Assembly: GCA_019828565.1 (NCBI GenBank)
Contig: JAHDYR010000038.1
Coordinates: 875,781 to 939,780, forward strand
DNA length: 64,000 nucleotides
Direction: 5' to 3'
Source: Carpediemonas membranifera BICM
Taxonomy: Eukaryota; Protista; Fornicata
Positions 10,725-21,465 of the stretch are shown in pieces. A program made the translations under genes and the position numbers. The number at the start of each line of letters is the position of its first letter. Position 1 is the first letter of the stretch. The notes under the pieces are model-generated. The model was not told the DNA's origin. It did no database searches and saw only the letters and a list, made by a program, of their open reading frames with translations.

Positions 10725-11126
10725 TGTGGTACGTCCTTTTTATACTTATACAGGAGCTCCTGAACCCATATCTTAATTAGCAGCGCTGCATAGATCTTTT
10801 CCGAATCTTTTTGATATCATCCTCGAATCTTTCGGTCACACCTTACTACGCATAATACCTCACCTGGAGGTTGCAATAAGACGTAATCCCAGAAGTTGGT
10901 TGTCGTTATCCCGTCGATAATTCCAATAGTGGTTCGGCATGAGCGAGCGTAATCCCAAGTTCGATTGGTGGCTCTAGCCCCACGTAATACCAGATGTTGG
11001 TTGTGGTGATGGCCGCGCGACTGCTTGGCCATGGGGGGGAAGTGTAGTCAGTATTAATATCTACCAATATCCCTGGGAGGGTCCAAACCTCTTTTTACTC
11101 GTAAACTCTTTCTCTTCCAAACCACA
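10725..11126 (+). mobile_element. Candidate 3' LTR region of Gypsy 1 (TGTGGT...ACCACA), possibly LTR-PBS-spacer-PPT-LTR in tandem
   Basis: PPT GAGGGGGCGGGGC (10712-10724) precedes TG at 10725. CACA at 10840 is followed by the Gypsy 2 PBS-position motif TTACTACGCAT. A second PPT GGGGGGGAAG (11033-11042) precedes TGTAGT. The 5' LTR is outside the window, so limits are unverified. Confidence 0.5.
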
Positions 11127-11435
11127 CAAGCACGCGCTGCAGCGCGCGTGATATGCAGCGCACGATTGATAGAGTATGATGAACCACACTGCGATCCTGA
11201 TGCTGCTTGGATCACTGTGTGTTTTGGACTCAACAATTCTAATCCGCACCATCCACACCTACAACCACACCGCCCAACAGGACATCTCGTTCTGCCTGAG
11301 GCAAGGCTACTCGGCCGTTGATTACTAAGCACCCCACCCGCGCCTTACCCTTTACGTGAGTTGGCTCATAAATGGATCATTCTAATCCTGCGCAGCACAT
11401 CGCACGCAAGACAACCACCGAGAACAACGTCAATA

Positions 11436-12695
11436 ATGTTTGAAGCTCTTTTCAAACACGTTCAGGAGACCTTTATACGCTATGCTAAGGTTGCTACTGG
11501 TTCTGATCACGATTCACAGACTACCCCGTCAACTGCACGCCAGTTTGATCTTGCGAGGATGCTGGCCGACGAGCTCCTGGCACTGGATGTCCAAGGCGTC
11601 AATGTCAGCGAGCAGTGCGTCGTCACCGGCCACCTTCTCCCCCGCGGCCCCGGGAAGTCCACGGACGTCGTCCTGCTGAACTCACACATGGACACGAGCC
11701 CGGACGCCCCCAACGAACACGTAGAGCCCATCGTCCACGAGTACAAGGGCGGCGACATCGTCCTGCCCCGCAACGGCACAGTCATCCCCGCCGAGGACCT
11801 GGAGCGGTATGTCGGACAGCACGTCATCACGAGCTCCGGCGACACCCTCCTCGGGGGCGACGACAAGGCCGGTATTACCCAGATCATGAGCCTGCTGTGG
11901 ATGTTGAAGCAGCGGCCTGAAGTAAGCCACCCCGCGCTGTTTGTGATGTTCACGCCAGACGAAGAGGTGGGGCGTGGTACTGAGAGCGTCAAGGTCGAGG
12001 ACCTCGTCGTCCCTGGTCACGGGAGAGTCACCTGCGGCTACACCATTGATGCCTGTCACGTGGGGGAGGTCGAGGATAACACGTTCACGGCCTACAAGAC
12101 AGTTGTCAAATTTACCGGGCACCAAGTGCACCCCGGATTCGCCTACCACAAGATGGCCAACACCATCACCGCGATGGCCCACTTCATTGATCACCTCCCA
12201 GTGGACAACGCACCCGAGACGACCAAGGACAGCCAGCCCTACGTATTTGCCCAGCGAGTCGTCGCCGACGTCGAGAAGTCTGAGGTGCACCTAATTCTGC
12301 GTTCTTTCACCGACGACGACATGACCATGATGCAGCAGGCTGTGCTGGATGCCGCGGCGGCTGTTCGGGCGCATGCAGTCCACGGCAACGTCGCCATCGC
12401 CCCGTTCGAATTCATCCCCCAGTACAGAAACATGCAGGACGTCATCAGACGCCACCCCCGCGTCTGGAACAACCTGTGCGTCGCCGTTGAGAAGGCTACC
12501 GGGACCCCGGCGGTCTCCTTCCCCATGCGTGGTGGCACTGACGGGGCGATGCTGGCCGCCCAGGGTCTGGCTGTCCCCAACGTCTGGTCGGGCGGCGTCA
12601 ACTTCCACAGTGTGCGGGAGTACGTGCCCGTTGAGTCCATGGTGAAGGGCGTAGAGATGCTGCTCGAGTTGTGCCCCCTGTTCATGGCGCAATGA
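11436..12695 (+). CDS. pepT: Peptidase T (M20B tripeptide aminopeptidase), bacterial-type
   Basis: SHMDTSPD, LLGGDDKAG, FTPDEEVGRG, HPGFAY, RGGTDGA, NFHSVREY. Confidence 0.93.
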   Translation: MFEALFKHVQETFIRYAKVATGSDHDSQTTPSTARQFDLARMLADELLALDVQGVNVSEQCVVTGHLLPRGPGKSTDVVLLNSHMDTSPDAPNEHVEPIVHEYKGGDIVLPRNGTVIPAEDLERYVGQHVITSSGDTLLGGDDKAGITQIMSLLWMLKQRPEVSHPALFVMFTPDEEVGRGTESVKVEDLVVPGHGRVTCGYTIDACHVGEVEDNTFTAYKTVVKFTGHQVHPGFAYHKMANTITAMAHFIDHLPVDNAPETTKDSQPYVFAQRVVADVEKSEVHLILRSFTDDDMTMMQQAVLDAAAAVRAHAVHGNVAIAPFEFIPQYRNMQDVIRRHPRVWNNLCVAVEKATGTPAVSFPMRGGTDGAMLAAQGLAVPNVWSGGVNFHSVREYVPVESMVKGVEMLLELCPLFMAQ

Positions 12696-12928
12696 TGAGT
12701 TTTTGTTAAACAGCACTTTAGGTACTAACCTGCGGGTCTGTCACGATTCCGGCGTCACAGTCTCTTCGATGAAAGAGCAGTTTAGCACGACATAGAAATG
12801 AGATGAACATCGGTGTGGAACATCACTGTGGCTTCAGTCGTCTGATCTGAAGAAGAAGACGGGCTCGAAACTGGCATAGCGACCAACACACCTCAGCCAG
12901 CAGGGGCACCATAAATAATATATTTACA

Positions 12929-15900
12929 TTAGTGGCGGGCTACGGCACTCTCGCCGCACACCGAACACTCGCCGCCCCGCGACGCCACCAGGTTCCACTC
13001 CCGGCGGCCGCTGCGGGCACCGCATGAGCCGCATACGGTCTCTGGCGGCGTGATGGGCGCCCCCGACAGCGAGCTGCGGGGCCTGGCGAAACCGCAGTGG
13101 GGACACACAGTGTTGAAGGCGTAGTGCTCTGCATAGCAGCTCTCGCACGGCTGCTGCGGCGGGTCGCCGGCGTCGATCATGAGATCATCAACGGCACCCC
13201 AGATATCGTCGAAGATCCGGAGGGAGGGAGCGTCTCTGTCGGCGTACTCGTCGTCATTGATGAACGGCACGCTGACGACACTCACACCGGCGCCGCTGTC
13301 GATGCCCACCATCGGCCAATTGATGCAGGCGTCCTGGACGTCGGCGTTGTCGAGGTACGTGACGTCGGGCGAGTGGTTGGCGAGGGCGTGCACGTCGCGG
13401 TACCGATTGCCGACGAAGAACGCCATCGACTTGAACGTCGGTGCGAGGTCGTGGTCGAGACGACCGGCCCGGATGCAGAGGAGCGTGGCGAAGAAGTACG
13501 CCCGGTCGATCGGTAGGAGGGTGCCGGCGAACTCCAGGGCGCTGAGGGCCGCCTTGGCAGCAAGGGCAAGCGCCTCGTCGTCATCAGCGTCGACGGCGAG
13601 GTTCTCGGCGATGTTGGGAGAGAACCTGACCCGCATCGCCTCGCATAGGACGACGCCGGCCAGGTCGCGGTGTGCCTTGTCAGGCGAGTCGGCGAGCCCT
13701 GCGGCGTTGACAACCCGGAGCAGGCCGGGCATGGCGAGCTCATATTCGACAAGGGCGGGAGAGACGGCGTCGTTCTCAGTAAGGGGGAACTCCTGGCGGA
13801 TGACGGCATCGGCGAGGCGCGTGATGACTGCCACCGACTCCGCCTCGGCCGAGATGGCGACGTCCGTAATGGCGTTGATGGCGTCGCCGTAGAGCCCCAT
13901 CTCGGTCAGCTTTGACCCGATGGCGAAGGCGACGACGCTGTGGGAGACCTCGTCTGTCCTCCTCGCGGCGGCCGCGGCGGCGTTGAGCTCTTCAGCGGGC
14001 ACGCTGGTGCCTCTGATGATACCGAGGGCGTGGGCAACGTCTCCGCTGCGGACAACGCCCGTGAGGCTGGCCTCGGCCTCAGCCATCACCGTCGACGGCT
14101 GGACCGCACGCCTTTCAACACGGGGCTGGGCGCGGGTCTCGGTCTGCATGCTGTCGACGTGGTGCTGCAGCTGGACGTGTCGCTGGGCGAGCAGCAGGGC
14201 CTGGGCCGTCATGCCGCGAGAGGTGTAGACCTCGAGGGCCTTATCGTGCTCGTTCAGCTCGACGAACAGCTCGACAGCCTTGTTGAGGTCGGACGCGTGG
14301 TTGGATGCGGCGTAGTGGGCAGCCATGCCCTGCTTGACCTCCGTAACCATGCCCGGCGCGTGGCTCCCGGCGACCTTGAGGGCCGAGTCGAATTGGCCCA
14401 GATGGACCCACATGTGGACAGCCTCCTCGGGCTTCCCGCCGGCGATGAACTGCTCCTGCGCTTCCTCAACCAGCCCCTCGTTCTCGAGGTGACGGGCACG
14501 GCCGAGACAGATTTCAGCCTTGAGCTCGGGCGAGTTCTCCGCAAACAGCTCGGCCTTGGCGAAGTCGCCATGGTCTATCGCGTGCTGCACGGCCGGTCCG
14601 ACCAGACCCACGGCGGTCAGGCCGCGGCTACCCTCCTGCACGCCGTACTCAAAGGCGAGCTTCCGCAGCACCGCGGGGTCGGCCTGCTGGGCGACATCGA
14701 TCGCCTCGGTCCACTTCCCGAGACCCTTGTACATGGTGATCGCCTCCTCATGGAGTCCCGCGATGAGGTACATCCGGCGGGCGTCCGACAGCCGGCCCAG
14801 TTGCACACAGTCTCTCGCCACGTCGGCGACAAGGGCGGCGCGGCGAGTGCCGGCGTAGTTGGCGTTGATCGCTGCGATGCACTGGTCGAACATGGCAGCG
14901 GCCTTGAACATCCCGATGATGGCGTCGACGTCACCCGCCGCAGAGTACAGTGCCTTGGCGTCGTCAAACAGGCGGGCCCGGGCTCGGGCTCCGGCCACCT
15001 CGCGGAGGACGGCGCGTCTCTCGGCCTCGGGCATGCGGTTGGCGACCGAGATGGCCGAGCTGACGTCCCCTGCGCCGACATGCATGAGGACCGCGCGGCG
15101 GACCTGGCCTGCGTTGACGAAGGCGCCCTCCGCCATGACGAGGTTCTTCTTTCCCTCGTAGTGCTCGGCCAGCGCGATGTACTGGGCCGTGAAGGTGCTG
15201 CGGCTCCGCTCGTCGATCGCGTGTCTGGCGAGAAGGTCCTCTGCCTTGCTGATCTGGTTCGCCGCGATCGCCGAGTCAACAGCCCCGACGGTGTCCCCGG
15301 CTTCCTCAAAGAGGGTCACGGCCTTGGCGGGCTGGCCCTGCCGTGCGAGCTGGCGGCCATAGGCGCTGAGCAGCTGATTGAACTCGGGCCGGGTTACGAC
15401 GCCCTGGCCATCACGGGCCAGCTTGATGGCGAGTGGGTAGACGTTGCCGCGCTTGTACAGGCGGAAGGCGTCGTCGTTGCGGCCAAGGTACTCGTAGAAT
15501 TGGCCGAGCTCCTTAAACTGCGACCGTGACTCAAGCATGGCGCAGATCTGGTCAACGAAAGACGCCTGGGCGTCGGGGGTCATTGAGGCGCGGCCCGACA
15601 TGATGAGGCGGGCAGCGATGTGGGGGGCCCCGCCGCGGAGGTACGTAGCGACGGCGTCGACGTATGCGTGCTCGGCCTCCCTCATCTCTCCGATCCGGAT
15701 GAACTGCTTGGTCGACTCCAGCAGAGTGAGGTACTGTTGCTTGAGGGCGTCTGTGGTGTCCGCGGGGAGCCCCAACTCAGCGGCCAGGCTGAGGGCCTTG
15801 GGGTATTGGCCGAGGGTGACGTAGACATCGATCGCCTCCTGGTACTTGCCGATGCCGACCAGGGCACGTACCCCGTAGTCCACCTGCTCCCGGTCCATGA

Positions 15901-18100
15901 GGGCCATGCGGGCGTCCAGCAGACGGGACCGGTCAGAGCTGGTGCCCTCGAAGGCGTCGATCTCGGTCTTGACGCAGGCCTCGAGGTAGTGGAGGTCGGC
16001 TGAGGCGTGGCTGGCCGCGGCCGCCTGGATGGCGACGGGGAGGTTTCTGAGGGCAATGGCCCTGGCGAGCAGCTGGCGCCACATGCCCTTGGCCTGTGAC
16101 GCGCTCGAGTCGGTTGGGAGGGACGCCGCCGCCTGCTCGAGGGCATCCGACGCCATGGCTGTGTTGAAGCGGATCAGCGTGTCGTCCAGCGGCACGCGAT
16201 ACTCGCGACCGTCAGGGCACTCAACCACGACTTCCGTGGAGTGCTCAGACCGCTCGATATCGACCACACAGCCGTCGTCCCGCAGGGGAGTCACGTCTGC
16301 CCGGGTGGCCCCCAGGCTGTACCACGTGTGGACTGCCGGGCCGCACTGGGCGACGACGACGTCCGTGCCGGGTACCCACTGGACGTACGTCGCCTGCTGG
16401 GACAGCTGGGCGACTGTGGGCTGAGTCAGCATGTCCTCGCCGATGCCTAGGACCCACACGGCCCCGCTGACGTCCTGGAACAGCATCTGGCGGGCCGTGG
16501 CGTTGAGCTCCAGCCAGCGGACGGGCCTCACATGGGTGTACCGCGTGTGCTCCAGACAGGCGCTGATGTTGGTCACGATGATCGTCTTCGCGCCGACATC
16601 TCCGACGTGGGCGACGGCCATCTGGGGCAGCCCGTCGAGAGTGGCCCCCAGCGCGCTGATGAGCGACCTGTTCCTGCGGGGAGTGTGGGCCGGTCCGAGG
16701 ACAGCGTCGGCCGGGTCGACCGCCGCCTCGCCACTGATGTCAATGACGTAGATGTCTCCGGATGTGCCGACGTCGCCCGGGACGAACATGATGGCGATGC
16801 CCGGGGTGTCCAGGATGAAGCGGACGTCCGGGGCTGACCACGGGGCCTCGATGACCACGCCGGTGTCGAGGTTGGCGAAGATCACTGACCGCGGTGTCTG
16901 CGGCGTGTCGCCGCCGAACGCCGTGGCTATGGTGTCGAGACTCCGGTGGACACGGACCCTGGAGAGCGTGCGATGGTGGCTGGCGATGGTCACAGCGCGG
17001 GGGTCGCCCTCTCGCCCCTTGATCTCGACGCGGTTGTCCGCCCGGAAGAGTACGTCGAAGCCCTGGCTCACGGTGTGGGCGACGCAGACGTCGAACAGCT
17101 CGACGACACCAGTGCTCGACCCGACGACAAGGGCAGACGAGTCCAGCGAGAAGGCACACGCGGGGATGGCGCCCATGCCGGAGAACGGGATGGTCTTATC
17201 AACGCGCCACTCGCCCACGACAGGGGCGACCACGAATATGGAGTCGGGGGCGCACACCACGACACTGTCGCCAGACCTCGGGCCGCACAGGGAAAGCAGC
17301 GTCGGGGTGGGGACGTCGAGCCGGACAACGAGTGGGGCCGCTCTAGTGGTGGAGTGGAGGTAGAGGTTAGGGTCCTTGGCGTCACCAGAGATGGCGGCGA
17401 CCTGCCCGTCGCGGGTTGGGGCGATGGCGACAGGGGGCGACGGGTGCAGGCCGACGAGGGTCAGGCTCTCGGTCACGACATCGTATGCAACGATCTCGCG
17501 GCGCCAGTGGCCGGAGTACACGGTGTGGCCGTCAGGGCTGACGGCGAGGCAATTCACGGGCGACAGCGGGCGGCCCGAGACCGTACTCGACGCGCCGTAC
17601 AGCGTCGTGGTCGTGCGGTTGTCCGAACGCCCAGATCTAGACTGCGTGGGGTTGTCGATGCGCTTGACGTCGCCGTTGCGGGTGGCGATGTAGATGCAGT
17701 CGACCGTGCTACCCGCGCCCCTCGTCGTCCAGATCATGGCGATAACGTTGCTCTCGTCGATAGATCCGACCTTCTTCGGCTTATAATCGGGGTCCGTGCC
17801 GGTTCCCACGTCGTATATGGAGATGACGTCGCTGGTGACGACAGCAACCATGCGCTGATTGGTGGGGCAGCACTGCACGATCCGTGGAGCTGCTGCCTGT
17901 CCCTTCTTATCCTTGGATGCGAAGACAGATTCGCGGATTTTGCTTCCCTTGGGGTTCAGGATGGTGATTCGTGTCTCGGTCCCAACTGTGTTCGACGTTC
18001 CCATGAATATCCGGTCAGATGAGGTGAATGTGAGATCAAGAACGCCTGCGCGCTTTTTGGGCACATACAGGGCGCTATTGTTTCTCCTAGACAGTTTCAT
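12929..18100 (-). CDS. IFT172: Intraflagellar transport protein 172 (WD40 + TPR solenoid + Cys-rich C-terminus)
   Basis: About 1720 aa. YVQWVPGTDVVVAQ, LDDTLIRFNTA, EEQFI-like AGGKPEEAVHMW, DRAYF...FFVGNRYRD, C-terminal Zn-finger-like region. Confidence 0.88.
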   Translation of the reverse strand: MKLSRRNNSALYVPKKRAGVLDLTFTSSDRIFMGTSNTVGTETRITILNPKGSKIRESVFASKDKKGQAAAPRIVQCCPTNQRMVAVVTSDVISIYDVGTGTDPDYKPKKVGSIDESNVIAMIWTTRGAGSTVDCIYIATRNGDVKRIDNPTQSRSGRSDNRTTTTLYGASSTVSGRPLSPVNCLAVSPDGHTVYSGHWRREIVAYDVVTESLTLVGLHPSPPVAIAPTRDGQVAAISGDAKDPNLYLHSTTRAAPLVVRLDVPTPTLLSLCGPRSGDSVVVCAPDSIFVVAPVVGEWRVDKTIPFSGMGAIPACAFSLDSSALVVGSSTGVVELFDVCVAHTVSQGFDVLFRADNRVEIKGREGDPRAVTIASHHRTLSRVRVHRSLDTIATAFGGDTPQTPRSVIFANLDTGVVIEAPWSAPDVRFILDTPGIAIMFVPGDVGTSGDIYVIDISGEAAVDPADAVLGPAHTPRRNRSLISALGATLDGLPQMAVAHVGDVGAKTIIVTNISACLEHTRYTHVRPVRWLELNATARQMLFQDVSGAVWVLGIGEDMLTQPTVAQLSQQATYVQWVPGTDVVVAQCGPAVHTWYSLGATRADVTPLRDDGCVVDIERSEHSTEVVVECPDGREYRVPLDDTLIRFNTAMASDALEQAAASLPTDSSASQAKGMWRQLLARAIALRNLPVAIQAAAASHASADLHYLEACVKTEIDAFEGTSSDRSRLLDARMALMDREQVDYGVRALVGIGKYQEAIDVYVTLGQYPKALSLAAELGLPADTTDALKQQYLTLLESTKQFIRIGEMREAEHAYVDAVATYLRGGAPHIAARLIMSGRASMTPDAQASFVDQICAMLESRSQFKELGQFYEYLGRNDDAFRLYKRGNVYPLAIKLARDGQGVVTRPEFNQLLSAYGRQLARQGQPAKAVTLFEEAGDTVGAVDSAIAANQISKAEDLLARHAIDERSRSTFTAQYIALAEHYEGKKNLVMAEGAFVNAGQVRRAVLMHVGAGDVSSAISVANRMPEAERRAVLREVAGARARARLFDDAKALYSAAGDVDAIIGMFKAAAMFDQCIAAINANYAGTRRAALVADVARDCVQLGRLSDARRMYLIAGLHEEAITMYKGLGKWTEAIDVAQQADPAVLRKLAFEYGVQEGSRGLTAVGLVGPAVQHAIDHGDFAKAELFAENSPELKAEICLGRARHLENEGLVEEAQEQFIAGGKPEEAVHMWVHLGQFDSALKVAGSHAPGMVTEVKQGMAAHYAASNHASDLNKAVELFVELNEHDKALEVYTSRGMTAQALLLAQRHVQLQHHVDSMQTETRAQPRVERRAVQPSTVMAEAEASLTGVVRSGDVAHALGIIRGTSVPAEELNAAAAAARRTDEVSHSVVAFAIGSKLTEMGLYGDAINAITDVAISAEAESVAVITRLADAVIRQEFPLTENDAVSPALVEYELAMPGLLRVVNAAGLADSPDKAHRDLAGVVLCEAMRVRFSPNIAENLAVDADDDEALALAAKAALSALEFAGTLLPIDRAYFFATLLCIRAGRLDHDLAPTFKSMAFFVGNRYRDVHALANHSPDVTYLDNADVQDACINWPMVGIDSGAGVSVVSVPFINDDEYADRDAPSLRIFDDIWGAVDDLMIDAGDPPQQPCESCYAEHYAFNTVCPHCGFARPRSSLSGAPITPPETVCGSCGARSGRREWNLVASRGGECSVCGESAVARH

Positions 18101-18275
18101 CGCTTGGTTGGCACTCAAATTTTCTCACTGATTAGAGGGCTCGCGCAGCCCCCCATGCGGTGTGCCCGTCCCCTACCATGCATGTATCGACGCAGACGGG
18201 CCCATTTGACTGAGTGCAGTATAAGGATCATCACAACCGCGGCTGCTGAAGCCGTTATACTAGAACACGCAACAG

Positions 18276-20450
18276 ATGTCTTTAACAACCAATGATGATA
18301 TGGAGGCCCGCATTCTTGGCGCAGATCTCCCACAGGACTTCATCGCCTGGAAACTAGCATCCCTCACTCCATACGCCCGCTGTATGAACCGTATCGCCAC
18401 AGAGTTTGAACAGCGCTTCACAGAGCTTAAAGAGGCAGCAAATGCAGGAAAGGATCTCCGAAAGGCCGCGTTGGCGAAGCTTCCAACGTTCAAGACGCCC
18501 GAACAGATCGAGTTCTTCGTCTCGTGGATCGACCGCGAGCTCCTCAGCCTCACCACACAGTATAACCTGGCCGCCATCGCCGTCCAGGAGCCGCTGACGG
18601 CGATGCTCCGCTGGATGGAGCGCACCCCGCCCCGCACGCTGACGGACTTCAAGGCCGACCGGGCAGTGCTGGACCTAAAACTGCTCAAGGATGACGTCAG
18701 CCTAGTGCAAGCTAAGTACTACGAGATGCACCGGGAGCGGGTAAAGGAGCGAGCGGCGTTGAAGCGGGCGAAGGCATCGTCGGCCCAGTACAAGTGGGGA
18801 TACCTGGCCCAGCTGCTCCTCAGACGCGAGATCATCAAGAAGTCCAACAACATTCTCACGGCCACCAGGATCGCGGCGTTGAAGCGGTCCCGCCCGGTCC
18901 ACAAGGTGCTCGCCAGCGGGCCCGACCCTGCCCTGCTCGCGGACAAGCTCACCCCCGCCGAGATGGCCAACATCGGGGGCAGCACCGACGACATCACCTC
19001 GCCCCCAGCCCCCCTTAAACTGCGAACTGACTCCATGTCGACCCGACGGGAGGGGATGATGGCGATGGAGGGTGTCACGAGCCACACGACGTTCCTCAAG
19101 TCCCTGGCGGATAAGGAGGGCCGATGCAAGCGGGAGCTGGTTTCCCGACAGAAGACGAAGGGGACGCTGGCGAGCAACCTACGGATGGTGACGCACCGCC
19201 TAACCGAGCTCGAGGGCACCGCGGTGACGCCCACGGCGAGTGGCGACGACATGCCCGAGGTGTTCCGGCTGAACGCGGAGGCGACAATGCTCCGCAAGCA
19301 GATCTCCCGGCAGGACCGCGAGCTGCGGGCAGCCATGGACGAGTACTCGTCCATCGTAGCGAGGCGGGCAGAGGCGCAGAAGGCTGTCGACGACGCGCTG
19401 GACTCAGCCAACAGCATTGGCTCGCTGACGATGCTCAAAAGCCAGCCTGGGTCCAGGTTCAACAGCATCGTCGCCAGCCAAGACAGTGAGAGCGACCTAG
19501 GGCTGGGAATGTCTGTGTACGAGGTGGACGACGCCCCGCTGACCAGCAGGGCCCGGGGTACATCGCTGGACGACATGAACCTCGGCATGATGCTGCCCAC
19601 ACCCAAGATGGACTTCCCGGTGCCGTCGAACGCGGCGTCGGTGCTGGGCAAGCTCGACCACATGATCAACGGCGTCAAGTCAATCTACGGAGTTGACATG
19701 AGCAGGTCTGGCCGGTCAGTCGAGGAGTCGGTCGTGCAGACGGACTCGCCCGCCACGGCCACCCACACCGTCATGACGGACTCGATGCCCCCCATCCGAG
19801 AGGATCCCGCCGCCCTACCTTCCCCTGGCAGCGGCCGTCAGCCCAGGGCCGCGGAGATCCAGACCGACGGCGACGAGCTGCTTGACTTTTACGTCGACAT
19901 GTCGCAGAGGGCATTCCTGTCCGCGGCACCTGTCCGGCCGGGTCAGCTCGAGGGACAACCCGCGGGCTCGACGCCCATGACTGCCGGCCCGACGCTGTCA
20001 GCCGAGGACGTGGTCCGGTTCGAGCGGCTGGCGTCGGCCCGGCTGGTCGCCGCCCTGCCGACGGACGTCAGGGGGCTGATCCAGACTCGGCTCGAGCACG
20101 TCGACTACCAGACGCTGGTGGAGGTCTTCAAGGCGGGGCTCGACTCTGTGACTCGGGGGCAGACCGCCAAGACAGGGGCCAACGATGCATACGCTGGTGA
20201 GCTAGAGCCGACCGAGCCCAAAGCCGAGAGTCGGTGCGAGTCGAAGCTGACCGAGGACTCCGGGTTCGGGACGGACGTCGACGAGGGCGCCCTGGACCCA
20301 GACCTGCCTGTCTTGAGGTCGGGAAGGTTTGAGTTCGAGCCGCTGCCCTCGGAGATCGCCCAGAAGCCGCTCGGGCCGAGGAAGCCGCCGCTGCCGGCCC
20401 GGGGGCGGGGGCTTAGGGGGGCTGTGGTGTCGCTCGACCACGCCGACTGA
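18276..20450 (+). CDS. Hypothetical coiled-coil protein
   Basis: 724-aa ORF with host-like codon bias and heptad-rich segments; no family recognised. Confidence 0.75.
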   Translation: MSLTTNDDMEARILGADLPQDFIAWKLASLTPYARCMNRIATEFEQRFTELKEAANAGKDLRKAALAKLPTFKTPEQIEFFVSWIDRELLSLTTQYNLAAIAVQEPLTAMLRWMERTPPRTLTDFKADRAVLDLKLLKDDVSLVQAKYYEMHRERVKERAALKRAKASSAQYKWGYLAQLLLRREIIKKSNNILTATRIAALKRSRPVHKVLASGPDPALLADKLTPAEMANIGGSTDDITSPPAPLKLRTDSMSTRREGMMAMEGVTSHTTFLKSLADKEGRCKRELVSRQKTKGTLASNLRMVTHRLTELEGTAVTPTASGDDMPEVFRLNAEATMLRKQISRQDRELRAAMDEYSSIVARRAEAQKAVDDALDSANSIGSLTMLKSQPGSRFNSIVASQDSESDLGLGMSVYEVDDAPLTSRARGTSLDDMNLGMMLPTPKMDFPVPSNAASVLGKLDHMINGVKSIYGVDMSRSGRSVEESVVQTDSPATATHTVMTDSMPPIREDPAALPSPGSGRQPRAAEIQTDGDELLDFYVDMSQRAFLSAAPVRPGQLEGQPAGSTPMTAGPTLSAEDVVRFERLASARLVAALPTDVRGLIQTRLEHVDYQTLVEVFKAGLDSVTRGQTAKTGANDAYAGELEPTEPKAESRCESKLTEDSGFGTDVDEGALDPDLPVLRSGRFEFEPLPSEIAQKPLGPRKPPLPARGRGLRGAVVSLDHAD

Positions 20451-20614
20451 GATGTTCATGATGGCACTAACACGTAAATCCCATGGCCTGGCTTGACCAT
20501 CGCATTTATCATTCCGACTCTTGGTCGATTGGTTGGTGCTCCGGTTGGTCTGCCCGACCCTCGGCACAGCGACGGCGCCAACGTCGACCAGTTCGCCTTC
20601 CTTGCTGGAGTGGA

Positions 20615-21320
20615 TCACTGCTCCCGCTGGTACTGCCGGAACCGACCGAGCTTGGACGCCGTGCTCGGCTGGGACTCGGCCCCGCTCGCCGCAAGGTCGG
20701 CCTGCAGCAGGGTCATGGTGGTGTCCGGGTCGGTGGTCTCTACCTCGATCTCGTATGCGACGTGGTTGCCCGGGAATGTGGTCTCGTCGAGCTCAAGGGC
20801 CATGTCGTGCCACAGGAACGTGCGGCGATAGTTCTGGGTTAGCGGGGTTGATTGGACGAACTGTGAAGCTGCCGGTGCACTCCATCGTGTCTTCGTCGAC
20901 GCTGCCGAAGACCTGGGCGGCGAGCTCGCGGGCTTCCGCTGGGGCTCCACCGATGAGGATCGAGGGCACCGCTGACGGCATAGCCAGCATCGTCGCCGCG
21001 GTTTCATTAGTAGCGTCGAACTCGATCTCATGGTGGCGCTGGACGCCCCCTGCCATCGTCGAGACGCCTTGGATCGGGACCTTCATGGTGCAGACAAACC
21101 GGACGTCGCTGCCCTCTCGGATCTCACGCAGGCGGAGACCAATGCGTTTTTTCTCGAGATCGAAACCCTTTGTGTCGAAGAACGTGTTTGTCTGGTGCTG
21201 AGCCTTCAATTGGCGATGTCTGGCCGAGATATGAGCAGCGAAGCGCGAATAATCAGCTAAAGATGCCAAATGAAACTTAATCTCTATCTCTTTTGCCACG
21301 TGCTGCACGATATTGCTCAT
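20615..21320 (-). CDS. CYTH-domain (triphosphate tunnel metalloenzyme) protein, one 28-nt intron (20834-20861)
   Basis: EIEIKF, QTNTFFD, LRLRE, GSFT|NYRR across intron GTTCGT...GCTAACCCAG, LELDET, YEIEVE. Confidence 0.88.
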
Positions 21321-21465
21321 CTGGCCTTGATTGTCGTCTGACAATTATCTGTGTCTAATCTGGCAAAACTGCGGCAAAAGGACCAACAGCCCGAGTTCCT
21401 GACAGAATCGTCCCTCTACTGAACTGCTGAACCAGAAGTGCTTTACCCGATGCTCGACCGCCCCC

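Noticed and set aside
13097-18022. Long ORFs antisense to IFT172 (similar ones overlap SEC24, pepT, INPP5 and others)
   Set aside because: Shadow frames expected from high GC at third codon positions; no recognisable motifs.
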